From: Candidatus Nanosynbacter sp.
GTDB lineage: Bacteria; Patescibacteriota; Saccharimonadia; Saccharimonadales; Saccharimonadaceae
Direction of reading: 5' to 3'
NCBI GenBank assembly: GCA_015257485.1
Contig: JABZKC010000001.1
Span: forward strand, 5,078 to 69,077
DNA length: 64,000 bases
A program made the translations under genes and the position numbers. The notes under the pieces were generated by a model. It did not search any database and was not told the DNA's origin. It saw nothing but the letters and a program-made list of their open reading frames with translations. Shown piece after piece: positions 1 through 10,067 of the stretch (positions within the stretch are counted from its first letter, which is position 1; every line of letters begins with the position of its first letter).

Positions 1-1313
1 TCCTTAGCCGAACCTGCGGCCGAGTTACCCTCTACAATGAAGAGTTCACACTCTGAACGGTCCCTAGAAGAACAGTCTGCCAATTTCGAAGGTAAATTCA
101 AACCTTCAAAAGCACCCTTACGAATCACGTTATCACGCGCTGCTCTTGCCGCCTTGCGCGCACGCGCCGCCAAGGTCGCCTTACCGACAATCTTCTTCGC
201 AATTGCAGGATTTTCTTCGAGGAAATAGCCGAAATATTCGCTCATTACCTTATCGACATAGCCACGCACCTCTGGGTTGCCCAATTTATTCTTGGTCTGA
301 CCTTCGAATTCTGGGTTTGGCAATTTCACCGAAACCACCGCTGTCAAACCTTCACGAATATCATCACCGGTTAGGTTATCTTCTTTCTCTTTCAATAAAT
401 TATTCTTGCGTGCATAATCATTTAACACACGGTTCAAAGCCGTACGAAAACCCACCACATGTGAGCCACCTTCAGGGGTCAAAACGTTGTTAGCAAATGG
501 CTTCATGGTTTCTGCATAAGTGTCATTGTACTGAACGGCAATTTCCACTTCCGAATCTTCAATCTGTTTATCAACATAGAAAATCGTATCCGAAAGCACC
601 TCCTTACCGTTATTTAGACGCTTTACGTAGCTCTTAATCCCACCTTCGAAGTAGAAGGCTTCCTTCGCACCCGTACGTTCATCAAAGACCGAAATTAAAA
701 TTCCCTTAGTGAGGTAGGCCTGGTGTCTCGCGTAATGTGACACCCAGTTGTAATCAAAAGTCGTAGTTTCCTTAAAAATGGTTGGATCTGGATAGAAAAC
801 AATGCAAGTTCCCTGCTTCGTAGTACCACCCTCAATTTTCAAAGGTGCTATGGTTTTACCCGTTTCAAATTCGATGTGATGGACTTTTTTCTCACGATAA
901 ACTTCGGCAATCATCTTGGTTGAAAGTGCGTTCACAACAGAGGAACCCACCCCGTGGAGACCAGATGAAACCTTATAACCACCGCCACCGAACTTACCAC
1001 CGGCGTGTAGCACCGTCAAAACGGTTTCCAGTGTCGATTTATGAGTCTTTGGGTGAAGATCGACCGGAATACCACGTCCGTTATCTTCCACTTTTACACC
1101 CCCGTCAGCCAGCAATGTAATTTCGACTTTATTTGCGTAACCCGCAATTGCTTCATCGATCGAGTTATCCGCAATCTCTTTAATTAAATGATGCAAACCA
1201 TCGTAACCGGTCGAACCGATATACATACCTGGACGCACACGAACAGGTTCAAGCCCCTCTAGAACTTGAATTTCTGAGCTGTCGTATTCTTCAACTTTTT
1301 GTTTTCCAGCCAT
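1..1313 (-). CDS. gyrB: DNA gyrase subunit B, N-terminal about 437 aa (3' part runs off window start)
   Basis: Reverse-complement translation from the ATG at 1311-1313 gives MAGKQKVEEYDSSEIQVLEGLEPVRVRPGMYIGST...HHLIKEIADNSIDEA (GHKL ATPase) and ends at the window edge with ELFIVEGNSAAGSAK (Toprim EGDSAGGSAK motif). It is absent from the ORF track because it is edge-truncated. Confidence 0.9.
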   Translation of the reverse strand, partial: MAGKQKVEEYDSSEIQVLEGLEPVRVRPGMYIGSTGYDGLHHLIKEIADNSIDEAIAGYANKVEITLLADGGVKVEDNGRGIPVDLHPKTHKSTLETVLTVLHAGGKFGGGGYKVSSGLHGVGSSVVNALSTKMIAEVYREKKVHHIEFETGKTIAPLKIEGGTTKQGTCIVFYPDPTIFKETTTFDYNWVSHYARHQAYLTKGILISVFDERTGAKEAFYFEGGIKSYVKRLNNGKEVLSDTIFYVDKQIEDSEVEIAVQYNDTYAETMKPFANNVLTPEGGSHVVGFRTALNRVLNDYARKNNLLKEKEDNLTGDDIREGLTAVVSVKLPNPEFEGQTKNKLGNPEVRGYVDKVMSEYFGYFLEENPAIAKKIVGKATLAARARKAARAARDNVIRKGAFEGLNLPSKLADCSSRDRSECELFIVEGNSAAGSAK

Positions 1314-1593
1314 CAAGAAAATACCTCTTTTAAGTTAACTTGATACCTCTCTGGCTCACCACCCACGCCTTTCCAAATGATTCTTTTTGAATCTTTTTCC
1401 AGTCGTTTTAACCTCACTTGATATCTACTTTAGTGTAACCATTTTTGGTTTAGCTGTCAAGGTAAAATGGCGATATTTCGCGTTCTAAGCCGTTTTAAGG
1501 CCCTTGTTTCAATTTTTTGGGTACTTATAGCCTTTTAAGCTATTCTCACAACTTTCGCTTCACTAGCCTTAATATGTTTCACTAGCTTTAATA

Positions 1594-4500
1594 TTAGCGA
1601 ATTTTTACCACCGTACCGTCTTTTAGACGCCCATCTTCCTGGTTCGCCTCAGATACAGCCTCCATCGGCACGTTTACCACCTCTGGCTCCGCAGCCGCAG
1701 CACTCTTTCCCGCCATCAAATCATCTAGCTCAGCATTAATATCATCCAAGGTGAATTCCGCACGGCCTTCCTTACTAGCCCCTGCGTCAGGCCCCTCAGA
1801 TTCACCCCTTCCAGCCACCGCCTCAGCTATATCACTAGCCGTCCTCTCGGCCTTTTTCTCATTCCCTTCCTCGGCTTTCATTTTCTCCAAAAATTCTGCC
1901 ATCTCTGGACTTCCCGCCTTTGCCTCGCTGGCCGGCACTTTCTTCACCCCTAATGGAATACCCTTTTCGTCTCGATCAAAATTATCTAAACCAAGCGCCG
2001 CATCCATCGCGCCATCCCAAGGCTCATTGCTCGCAAAATTCCCATTTTCAATATTTGCTCGCCCTTCATCGCCATCACTAACCCTCAAGCGATCCTCGAT
2101 CTCCTTTTCCACCTCTTCCCCTGGACGGCCGTATTTCTTCGCTGAATAATCTTTTAGAGCGGCAAAAATATTACGGTCTTCCTTACCTCTTGGCGGCAAC
2201 AATCTCATCGTAAATGGCGCTGATGGCATACCGTGCATCAAAACCGTCGCAATTGCGTGATGGTTTGGTTGCTTATGCAAATCTTCCGCCTTAAAAGTCG
2301 GCGTAAAGACTTTTTCCATCATTTCCGCATCTGTTACGCCCAGACGACCCGCAATAATCGTACCTACGTTACCCAGTACACCTTCACGAATCTTATCTGT
2401 TAGCTGCGTCATGAACTGGTTCGCCACAATCAAATTCAAACGGAACTTACGAGCTTCCGACAAAATCGATTCAAAAGATTCTGTCGAGAAGTTCTGAAAC
2501 TCATCCACGAATAAACAAAAATCCTTACGTTCATGCTCTGGCGTATCTACCCTCGACATCGCCGCCGTCTGGAATTTCATCACGAAAATCATGCCCAGAA
2601 GCTTCGAGTTTAGCTCCCCTAATTTACCCTTAGAGAGATTCACCAGCAGAATTTTCTGTTGATCCATAATTTCGCGAATATTAAAGCCCGATTTAGTCTG
2701 GCCTAACACTCGTTTCATCATCGTATTTTGCTTAAATGGGCTCCATTTTGAAGCAAACCAAGTCACCACTTCACCGGCATCATTCGATTTCTGAGAAGCC
2801 GGAAATTCTTTCGTCCAATAATCAAAGAGGTCGCGATCTGTTACATATTTCAACTTATCTGCCACTAAATCTGGATTGATAAATGGACTCGGAATATCCA
2901 GAAAAGTCGCTCCCCTCGGATCACTCATCAAAAGCAGGGCGGCATTTCTGAACATCTGCTCACCGCGTGGACCAAAAATACCCGTGTGTCCAGGGTCATA
3001 CAGCGAATAGAGCATATTAATCCCCTCTTGCACGATAAAATCTTTCTGTTCCGTAGTGGCAAATTCCAACATATTCATGCCAATTGGAAAATCTGTATCT
3101 GATGGATCGAAGTAAATCACATCATCAATACGATTTTCTGGTACCATCGAAAGCAACTCCTCCGTCACGTCACCGTGCGGATCAATAAAACAGAAGCCCC
3201 TACCTGCCAACATATCTTGATAGGCCAAATTCTTCAAAAGTACCGACTTACCCATACCAGATGCACCGATAATATAAGTATGGCGCCTACGGTCATCTTC
3301 ACCTAGCTTAATCATCTTTGTGTTACCACGATATTCGTTAACACCCAGTTCCAGACCCTCTTCCACCAGTACGGTTGGCGCATCTACCTGTTTCGTCATC
3401 TGTCTCTCTACCCCCGATGATGGAATTGCCGCCTCAGATGGCAAATGAAAAATCGAAGCGAGTTCCTGTGTGTTCAAAATCATCCCCTTTTTCTTGGTTG
3501 GGAAAAAGCGAAAAATATAATTCGTCACCAAAGTATCCATTTTTTTCGCCATATCGTATTTGAAACCGTTCATGGTTGGCGAATCCAACTGCGAAAATGC
3601 CGCCACCACGCCACCAACCAAGGCCTCACTACGTTCATGACTACTAGAATGTGCTACCACACGAATCAAACATTCAAAAACCGGATACTTGGTTTTATTT
3701 TCAATCATTTGGGCTTCATCGAGCTTCGCCTGCGACACTTCCTTCGTCGTTTCCTTACCTTTATCGTATTCATGTAGCTCCGGCACTTCAAATGGTGCAC
3801 GAATAACGTCCATGATTAAATTTAGTACTCGGCCCTGTCCGAAGAATCCGCCACGCGACTTAACTTTTTTACCCTCTCGTAAATTTTTTATAATTTCTTC
3901 AACTTTTTTTCGCCAACCATCCCCCACTGGACGAAACATTAGTTGTAACCCCAGTCCTTCACCTTTTTTCGCTTTCGCAAAGGCATTCAAAATCGCCAGC
4001 TGCGCATCCCATTTCGATTCTGAAAATATCTGGATTGGATAATATTCTTCTTTCTTAAAAATCAGCTCCCCACCCGCCACATTACGGCTATCATCATCCT
4101 CTTTCGCTTCGTCACCGAGCCCTGCATTCGAGAAGATATTTTCCACCTCTGCTTCCTCTAAGCGCGCCGTTGGATAAGAAGATTGAATCGCCTGCTTCAC
4201 AATTTCCGTAGTCACTGCTGGCACCACGGCATAATACTTCACTAAACCGTCGACCACTACCATTTCGAATGAAAAATATTTCTGACCGTATAATTTTGTA
4301 TTAAAACTCTCTTTTTTCAACGTCGAAGCAATGATTGAATACATAATTGTCGACTGCGAAATCGCCTCTTCATTCACATCACGTTCATCTCTTCCGCCAC
4401 CCTGAATATCATCAGTAGCAGGAGGTAAATGAATCAAAAGTGGAATTAATTTTAGTGAACGCTCATATTCCTTCGCCTTACGTTTTTTAGCCAAAATTTT

Positions 4501-4731
4501 CACCCCCACAAAGAGGGCCGCCACTAGAATTAGGATAAAAATTTGTACACCAATTATAATGTTATTCGAGAAAATTTTGGAGAAATCCGCCCCCTGCTTT
4601 GGCGTAAAAATTGAACTATTTTTTTGTTCATTTTGCGCATTTTTTGGGGCGGCACTTGCCGCACCAGAATCCGCCGACGCTCCCGTCGTATTCTTTCGCA
4701 TAATGATATTTTCCACCGGATTTTCGCTCAT
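1594..4731 (-). CDS. Membrane-anchored HerA/VirB4/FtsK-superfamily P-loop ATPase (1045 aa) with an acidic, low-complexity C-terminal tail
   Basis: One predicted TM helix near aa 57-80 (IIIGVQIFILILVAALFVGVKIL). Walker A IIGASGMGKS, Walker B FCLFVDEFQNF, then EARKFRLNLIVANQ (the R-K...TQ motif of HerA/VirB4/TraG-type ATPases). C-terminal about 200 aa is E/D/A/G-rich. Confidence 0.6.
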   Translation of the reverse strand: MSENPVENIIMRKNTTGASADSGAASAAPKNAQNEQKNSSIFTPKQGADFSKIFSNNIIIGVQIFILILVAALFVGVKILAKKRKAKEYERSLKLIPLLIHLPPATDDIQGGGRDERDVNEEAISQSTIMYSIIASTLKKESFNTKLYGQKYFSFEMVVVDGLVKYYAVVPAVTTEIVKQAIQSSYPTARLEEAEVENIFSNAGLGDEAKEDDDSRNVAGGELIFKKEEYYPIQIFSESKWDAQLAILNAFAKAKKGEGLGLQLMFRPVGDGWRKKVEEIIKNLREGKKVKSRGGFFGQGRVLNLIMDVIRAPFEVPELHEYDKGKETTKEVSQAKLDEAQMIENKTKYPVFECLIRVVAHSSSHERSEALVGGVVAAFSQLDSPTMNGFKYDMAKKMDTLVTNYIFRFFPTKKKGMILNTQELASIFHLPSEAAIPSSGVERQMTKQVDAPTVLVEEGLELGVNEYRGNTKMIKLGEDDRRRHTYIIGASGMGKSVLLKNLAYQDMLAGRGFCFIDPHGDVTEELLSMVPENRIDDVIYFDPSDTDFPIGMNMLEFATTEQKDFIVQEGINMLYSLYDPGHTGIFGPRGEQMFRNAALLLMSDPRGATFLDIPSPFINPDLVADKLKYVTDRDLFDYWTKEFPASQKSNDAGEVVTWFASKWSPFKQNTMMKRVLGQTKSGFNIREIMDQQKILLVNLSKGKLGELNSKLLGMIFVMKFQTAAMSRVDTPEHERKDFCLFVDEFQNFSTESFESILSEARKFRLNLIVANQFMTQLTDKIREGVLGNVGTIIAGRLGVTDAEMMEKVFTPTFKAEDLHKQPNHHAIATVLMHGMPSAPFTMRLLPPRGKEDRNIFAALKDYSAKKYGRPGEEVEKEIEDRLRVSDGDEGRANIENGNFASNEPWDGAMDAALGLDNFDRDEKGIPLGVKKVPASEAKAGSPEMAEFLEKMKAEEGNEKKAERTASDIAEAVAGRGESEGPDAGASKEGRAEFTLDDINAELDDLMAGKSAAAAEPEVVNVPMEAVSEANQEDGRLKDGTVVKIR

Positions 4732-4846
4732 TTTTGTCTCTTCTTTTATCTTGTTTAGCTATGTCTTATTTTCTTAATTTATCTTCTTTTTCCCTAAACT
4801 CTTTTCAGGCTAGCCTTTTTCTTTCCTATTTTCCTCTGATCTTCGT

Positions 4847-5638
4847 CTAATTATCTTGTCCGAGTATTCTTCCATATCTGTCGAGCAAAAGTTTCGTGCT
4901 CAGCATTCTTTTTTGTCGATACTGCATGGTCGGACTTTTAATCTTTTTGGTTTTCTCAACTTCTTTCAGGATTTCTTCTTCTAAGCCATCTCTGTCTCGC
5001 GCCTTCGGCAAATCTGTTCCAATCAATTTTCCATCTTCGAAAGTCCGCGTCCCCACCGTTACAATCTTGCCCAAATCACTTTTTGGTACCCCCTCATCAC
5101 TATATTCTTCCCCCCGTTCAACTTCCGCTCGTTCTGTCTCCAGATTTTTTTCTTGTTCAATCTGTGAATTTGCATTTTCAAAGCCTTGTATCTGCTCTGA
5201 ATGAATTTGCATTGAGTTTACCTGTTCAAACTGCCCCTGCCCCGACACACCATTCGTCTGCACCCACTCTGGCACACCACTCGGCTGCATTCCCTCTGAG
5301 ACGCCTCCTATTCGCATCTCCTCCGGAACACCGTTCATTTGCGCCTGCCCCGGCACACTATTCATCTGCGCCTGCATCGCCATCTGGCCCATCGCCATCT
5401 GTCCTCTGTCAAAACCGTTCGCCCCAGGCATTCCCTGAGCTTCAAACATTTGGTTCAGTCTCGCCACAGCTTCATCTTGCGTCAGCCCAGTTGGTACCTG
5501 TTCCGCCCCAAAATCACCCGAAAGCATCTGCCCCATCCCATCCGGTACCTGTTCCACTGAAGAAGAATTTAAGCCAGAAAAATCCTGTCGTTCTCGATCA
5601 TTTACTCCAGAAACCTGCCCAATATTTTTCTGATCCAT
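4847..5638 (-). CDS. Hypothetical Q/M/G-rich low-complexity protein (263 aa)
   Basis: Co-directional with its neighbours and has an acidic, ordinary composition. The antisense ORF 5083..5706 is P/S/H-rich and looks like an artefact. No recognisable domain. Confidence 0.45.
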   Translation of the reverse strand: MDQKNIGQVSGVNDRERQDFSGLNSSSVEQVPDGMGQMLSGDFGAEQVPTGLTQDEAVARLNQMFEAQGMPGANGFDRGQMAMGQMAMQAQMNSVPGQAQMNGVPEEMRIGGVSEGMQPSGVPEWVQTNGVSGQGQFEQVNSMQIHSEQIQGFENANSQIEQEKNLETERAEVERGEEYSDEGVPKSDLGKIVTVGTRTFEDGKLIGTDLPKARDRDGLEEEILKEVEKTKKIKSPTMQYRQKRMLSTKLLLDRYGRILGQDN

Positions 5639-5673
5639 GCCCCTATTTTAGCATAAACACTATGAAAAAAATA

Positions 5674-6048
5674 CTATTTCACCATCTTGGTGAACACAAA
5701 AAATAACAAACCAACAAAAAATGCCGGTAAGAAAATCAAAACCAGCAAATTCGTCACACTTGAAGCCACCAAAATCAACAACATAATCGGGTACATCGCA
5801 ATAATTCCCGCCTTAAAATAGTCCGTCTGTGTAGTTCTGTTTTTTAGAAAAACTACCTTCAAAAACAGGTTCATCACCCAGGTAATAATTCCAAAAACCA
5901 GAACATAAAGCAGCACAAAAGCCAGCATAATCCCTAGCGGGCCGACCATCATTGGTGTAGTAGTGAAGAGCATAACTACCAAAATAACCAAAGAAATTAA
6001 GCTTGAAATTCCGATCAATAGATTAACCATAAGACTATTATAAAGCAA
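5674..6048 (-). CDS. Hypothetical small integral membrane protein (124 aa, about 4 TM)
   Basis: Four hydrophobic segments and no recognisable motif. Confidence 0.45.
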   Translation of the reverse strand: MLYNSLMVNLLIGISSLISLVILVVMLFTTTPMMVGPLGIMLAFVLLYVLVFGIITWVMNLFLKVVFLKNRTTQTDYFKAGIIAMYPIMLLILVASSVTNLLVLIFLPAFFVGLLFFVFTKMVK

Positions 6049-7231
6049 TTTCCTATTCCCTCCCAGAAATATTTCCTAATGCTTCGATTTTCCATAAATT
6101 TATCTAATGTACGATGGAAAATACCATAGTCAAGCGGGTGGTTATCTGGCAAAAACATAACTATAAACCACAACCATCACCGCTTGAAATTGACCGCTCC
6201 ACTTTTAGTGGGGCAAAAGATCAGCCTCAGCTGATACGCCAGAAAATCTGGCTAACGTAGTCTTCGTCACTACATTGATCTTTCTCCTAATTGTTAATGT
6301 GTTGTTTATTTGTATTTTTGTCTTTCGACATTCTTATAGTATCACGGGTGTATATTTTATGCAAGCCTTTTTTGCTTAGATTTTAAGTATAAAATACAAC
6401 AATAATAATCACCTATCTGTTAGATCCCAAATATCTAAAACATTCACTATTGTACAAAATACTACAAAAAAGCCTAAAAATTCTATGTTGTAATTAATAA
6501 CATACCAAAATACAACATAAATCCGATTATTATTCACAAAAATTTCCTTCTAAAATCAAAAAGTAGAAGCTTTATCTTTAATCCTAAAATCTTTTGATTT
6601 TCAAAAAAATTAGACGCTATACTTCATATTGTTTAGAATAAAAAATCCCCACATTTCCCTTTTCCAAATATCGATCAAAAATATATTAGTAAGCATTAAT
6701 TAAGATTTTCAAATACCAATCGAAAAACTAATCCCATTTCATCACAAAAAAACTATAGTGGATAATTTCCGTCTAAAAACCCACCACAAAACTTTATTTA
6801 TAAAAAACGCCTAAATTAGGCAAAATAAAAAAAGAAATCGGTCAAACTGCGAGGAATACCGATTTCTTTTGTAGAGTGTGGAGTTTTTTGGCTATATTGT
6901 TTGTTTTTGGCTTGTGAACAATTTTATTATTCAAAAGCTACCTCTATAATACCGCTTCAAAACGCTAATGTCAACATATTTTTGAATAATTTTTTTACAA
7001 TTTTGCCCTATTTTTTAGTTTTCCACATCTACCCCTGTTAGCTCTGTATACTATTTTTGAACAATTTTAGTTTTACTTGAACACATTTTTTATTATTTTG
7101 AGCTATTTTAAGTCATCCACCCCTGTTGGACTTAATTTTACATTTTTTATTTTCAATCAAAATCCTTTTTCAGTTATTTTTTTATTTAAAAACATAAAAA
7201 ATAGCCTCGAAAAAGGCCATTAAAAATCGAT

Positions 7232-7581
7232 TGGTGGAGCTGCCGGATACTGCCTCCGGGTCCGAAAAATCTTCATAATATCATTCTACATGCATAGTTA
7301 TTTATTTCATCTTGGTTTATATCTATAGCGACAAATAACAAAACTATAGATTACCATGACTGATTTTCGATCCCAGCCTCGTCACTGTCCGGAATCTATT
7401 CTCGTAAATCTAATAATCTAACTACTACGAAAACTTGGAGTTAGACCAGCCTATATTAAATTAGGCAAAAGCAGGTGCATAAAGCACATGCTTGGAAGTA
7501 TTTTCTTCACTTTTTCAATACTTACGGTATCAATCGTCATGCCTGATATCTGTTAATAATCCGTCTAAGCTTTGTCAGCCC
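7232..7581 (-). ncRNA. ssrA: tmRNA (SsrA), about 350 nt
   Basis: Minus-strand 5' end GGGGCTGACAAAGCTTAGACGG (compare E. coli GGGGCUGAUUCUGGAUUCGACGG). 3' end ...CCGGAGGCAGTATCCGGCAGCTCCACCA. Acceptor 5' GGGGCTG pairs with 3' CAGCTCC including a G3-U70 wobble, followed by discriminator A and CCA. Internal candidate tag frame ...KSEENTSKHVLYAPAFA then TAA. The T-loop sequence is atypical (GGCAGTA). Confidence 0.6.
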
Positions 7582-7834
7582 CAACTAATCCAATTATATC
7601 ATATAAAGATCGATTACACTCTATTATTCCCCCAATCTTGCCCTAGTTAGCCACCCCTCGCTCATTCTGCGAAAAAATACTAAGCATAAGCAAGTTATCA
7701 AAAGCATAAGCAAGTTATGATTTAACTTATTTATTTATCTCCTACCTCTTAAATCCCTACTCAAAATTTATTTTTCTCATCACCAAAATCATCATTTTCT
7801 TGGCATTTTTAACAAAACGATTCATTATAAAAAT

Positions 7835-9415
7835 ATGAATGTTAAAGTTTTTACCGCCATCCCCACCGGCTATTCTGGACAACTTATTGAAGTTGAAGGC
7901 ACCACCAATAAAGGTCTCCCGAGTTTTAATCTCGTGGGTATGGGTGATAAAACTATTCTTGAATCTAGAGAACGCGTTCGCAGTGCCATCATGAATTCAG
8001 ATTTCTCTTTTCCAAAGCACAAAATCACTATCAATCTCGCCCCTGCTGATCTTATTAAAAGTGGCTCTTCTCTGGATTTGCCCATCGCTATCAACATTTT
8101 AATTCTCGCTAAACAACTTCGTGAAGAAGATATCAAAGGCCTCTTTTTTACCGGCGAGTTATCCCTTGACGGCAGCTTAAAGCCAGTTAAGGGCATTCTA
8201 AACATTATCGAAACCGCTAAAACACACGGATTCAAACAAATTTTTCTTCCCGCCGCTTCCGCTACCAAGTCTACTCTTATTCAAGACATCGAAATTTACC
8301 CCGTACGAACCCTTAAACAGCTTTTTCTCCACCTCAAACATCAAATTTATATCCCGCCACTTGATGGTTCAAGTCAAATTTCCCCTCCAGGCCTCACATC
8401 GATTTCAGAAAAGAACTCTACTCCTGCCCTCATCTCTTCTCTTAGCTCCTCTTTCTGCGCCCTTGACCAAATCCAGGGTCTCGATTTTGCCAAGCGCGCT
8501 CTTATCCTAGCTATCGCCGGGCATCACAATCTTCTTCTCTCTGGTCCACCAGGTAGTGGTAAAACTTTGCTCGCGAGTGCAGCCAAAGATCTACTTCCGC
8601 CACCTAGCCCCACAGAGCTCATTTCGATTTACAAAATTCATGGTCTCACTACCGAACTTGATCAAATCCCTCAAAAACGCCCCTTTCGTCAGCCCCACCA
8701 CAGTAGTTCCGCCTGCTCCATTATTGGTGGTGGAAGCCCCATAACTCCAGGTGAAATTTCCCTTGCACATCTCGGCATTCTTTTTCTAGATGAATTACCC
8801 GAATTTCCCCGCTCTGTACTTGAGGCTATGCGTCAGCCACTCGAAGACCACCAAATCTCGATTTCTCGCGCCAAAGAACGCGCCACTTTTCCCGCCAACT
8901 TCACACTTTTTGCCACCATGAACCCCTGCCCCTGTGGTTACTATGGTTCGCACATCAAACCCTGCACCTGCACCCCCACTCAAATTCACAATTACACCAA
9001 ACATCTCAGTGGCCCAATTTTTGACCGCATCGACATCAAGCTTCATCTTCCCTATCTCGATCAAAATCTCCTCATCGATCACCTCTCCACTAAATCACCT
9101 CCAGAGAATTCCGCCAAAAATCTCCACTTCTATCAAAATAAAATCTGTCAAATTACCCAACTTCAAGCTGAACGCTACCATTCTCTAGAAAAATTCAACG
9201 GCACCCTCACGTCTGCTGAGATTTCTCAATACATTCACCTAAACTCAACCCTAAAAACCGAATTAAAACGCGCTACAGAAACCTTTAAGCTTTCCTCTCG
9301 CGCCATCATCAAAATTATCAAACTCAGCCGCACTATCGCCGATTATGATAACTCACCAGAAATCAAACTCGAACATCTCAAGGAAGCCATCTGCTTTGCT
9401 ACCTTTTCACCCTGA
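7835..9415 (+). CDS. comM: YifB/ComM family Mg-chelatase-like AAA+ ATPase
   Basis: N-terminal Lon-protease-like domain (GMGDKTILESRERVRSAI), Walker A LLSGPPGSGKTLLASA and a C-terminal ChlI-like region. 526 aa. Confidence 0.85.
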   Translation: MNVKVFTAIPTGYSGQLIEVEGTTNKGLPSFNLVGMGDKTILESRERVRSAIMNSDFSFPKHKITINLAPADLIKSGSSLDLPIAINILILAKQLREEDIKGLFFTGELSLDGSLKPVKGILNIIETAKTHGFKQIFLPAASATKSTLIQDIEIYPVRTLKQLFLHLKHQIYIPPLDGSSQISPPGLTSISEKNSTPALISSLSSSFCALDQIQGLDFAKRALILAIAGHHNLLLSGPPGSGKTLLASAAKDLLPPPSPTELISIYKIHGLTTELDQIPQKRPFRQPHHSSSACSIIGGGSPITPGEISLAHLGILFLDELPEFPRSVLEAMRQPLEDHQISISRAKERATFPANFTLFATMNPCPCGYYGSHIKPCTCTPTQIHNYTKHLSGPIFDRIDIKLHLPYLDQNLLIDHLSTKSPPENSAKNLHFYQNKICQITQLQAERYHSLEKFNGTLTSAEISQYIHLNSTLKTELKRATETFKLSSRAIIKIIKLSRTIADYDNSPEIKLEHLKEAICFATFSP

Positions 9416-9423
9416 TTTACCCC

Positions 9424-10005
9424 TTGAAAATCCCTAAAATTTTTGTTATAATTCACCCTAAGGTTAAAAAGAAAGGAATCAACATTAGTACTAAAACTTC
9501 ACGCACCAAAATCAATGGAGAAATCCGCTATGAACAGGTACGCGTTATTGGCACTAATGGAGAGCAGCTTGGCATCATGTCAAGCAAAGAAGCTCAGGTT
9601 CTGGCCCGGGAGCAAGGTGTCGACCTCGTCGAAATCGCAGGTAATGCCGCCCCTCCGGTCGTTAAAATCATCGATTGGGGTAAATATCAATACCAAAAGA
9701 TGAAAGAAGAGGCTAAAAATCGTAAAAAAGCTCGTGAAAAACAATCCGAGCTTAAACAAATGAAGATTGGTCTCAAAATCAGCGACAATGACCTCAACAT
9801 TAAAATCCGCAAAATTAAGAGTTTTCTCGAAGATGGCGATCACTGCCGTATTATCATTACCTTCAAGGGTCGTGAAATGGCACACAAAGAAATTGGTTCT
9901 CAACTTCTTGATCGTATCCTCGGACAAATGGCCGATTATGCCACTGTTGAAGGAAAACCACAATTTGCTGGACGCAACTTATCAGTCGGAGTACGAAAAA
10001 AGTAA
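9424..10005 (+). CDS. infC: Translation initiation factor IF-3. The true start is probably a non-AUG (AUU) codon near 9484.
   Basis: INGEIRYEQVRVIGTNGEQLGIMSSKEAQVLAREQGVDLVEIAGNAAPPVVKIIDWGKYQYQ...ITFKGREMAHKEIG. Canonical infC-rpmI-rplT order. Confidence 0.9.
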   Translation: MKIPKIFVIIHPKVKKKGINISTKTSRTKINGEIRYEQVRVIGTNGEQLGIMSSKEAQVLAREQGVDLVEIAGNAAPPVVKIIDWGKYQYQKMKEEAKNRKKAREKQSELKQMKIGLKISDNDLNIKIRKIKSFLEDGDHCRIIITFKGREMAHKEIGSQLLDRILGQMADYATVEGKPQFAGRNLSVGVRKK

Positions 10006-10067
10006 TTTCCTACTTTCAAGGTTCCCTGATCGCACATTGAATACTAAATTAACTAAAAGGAAAGCCT

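Noticed and set aside
1751-4777. Several plus-strand ORFs (for example 1751..2149, 3445..3777, 3689..4042)
   Set aside because: All are antisense within the 1045-aa ATPase gene and have S/P/F-rich low-complexity translations.
5083-5706. 207-aa plus-strand ORF
   Set aside because: Antisense to the Q/M-rich minus-strand ORF. P/S/A/H-rich low-complexity translation, and the strand is against the local gene direction.
7232-7272. Hairpin CCGGATACTGCCTCCGG, considered as a rho-independent terminator or stand-alone element
   Set aside because: Better explained as the T-arm of the tmRNA 3' tRNA-like domain, because it is followed by acceptor strand CAGCTCC, A and CCA.
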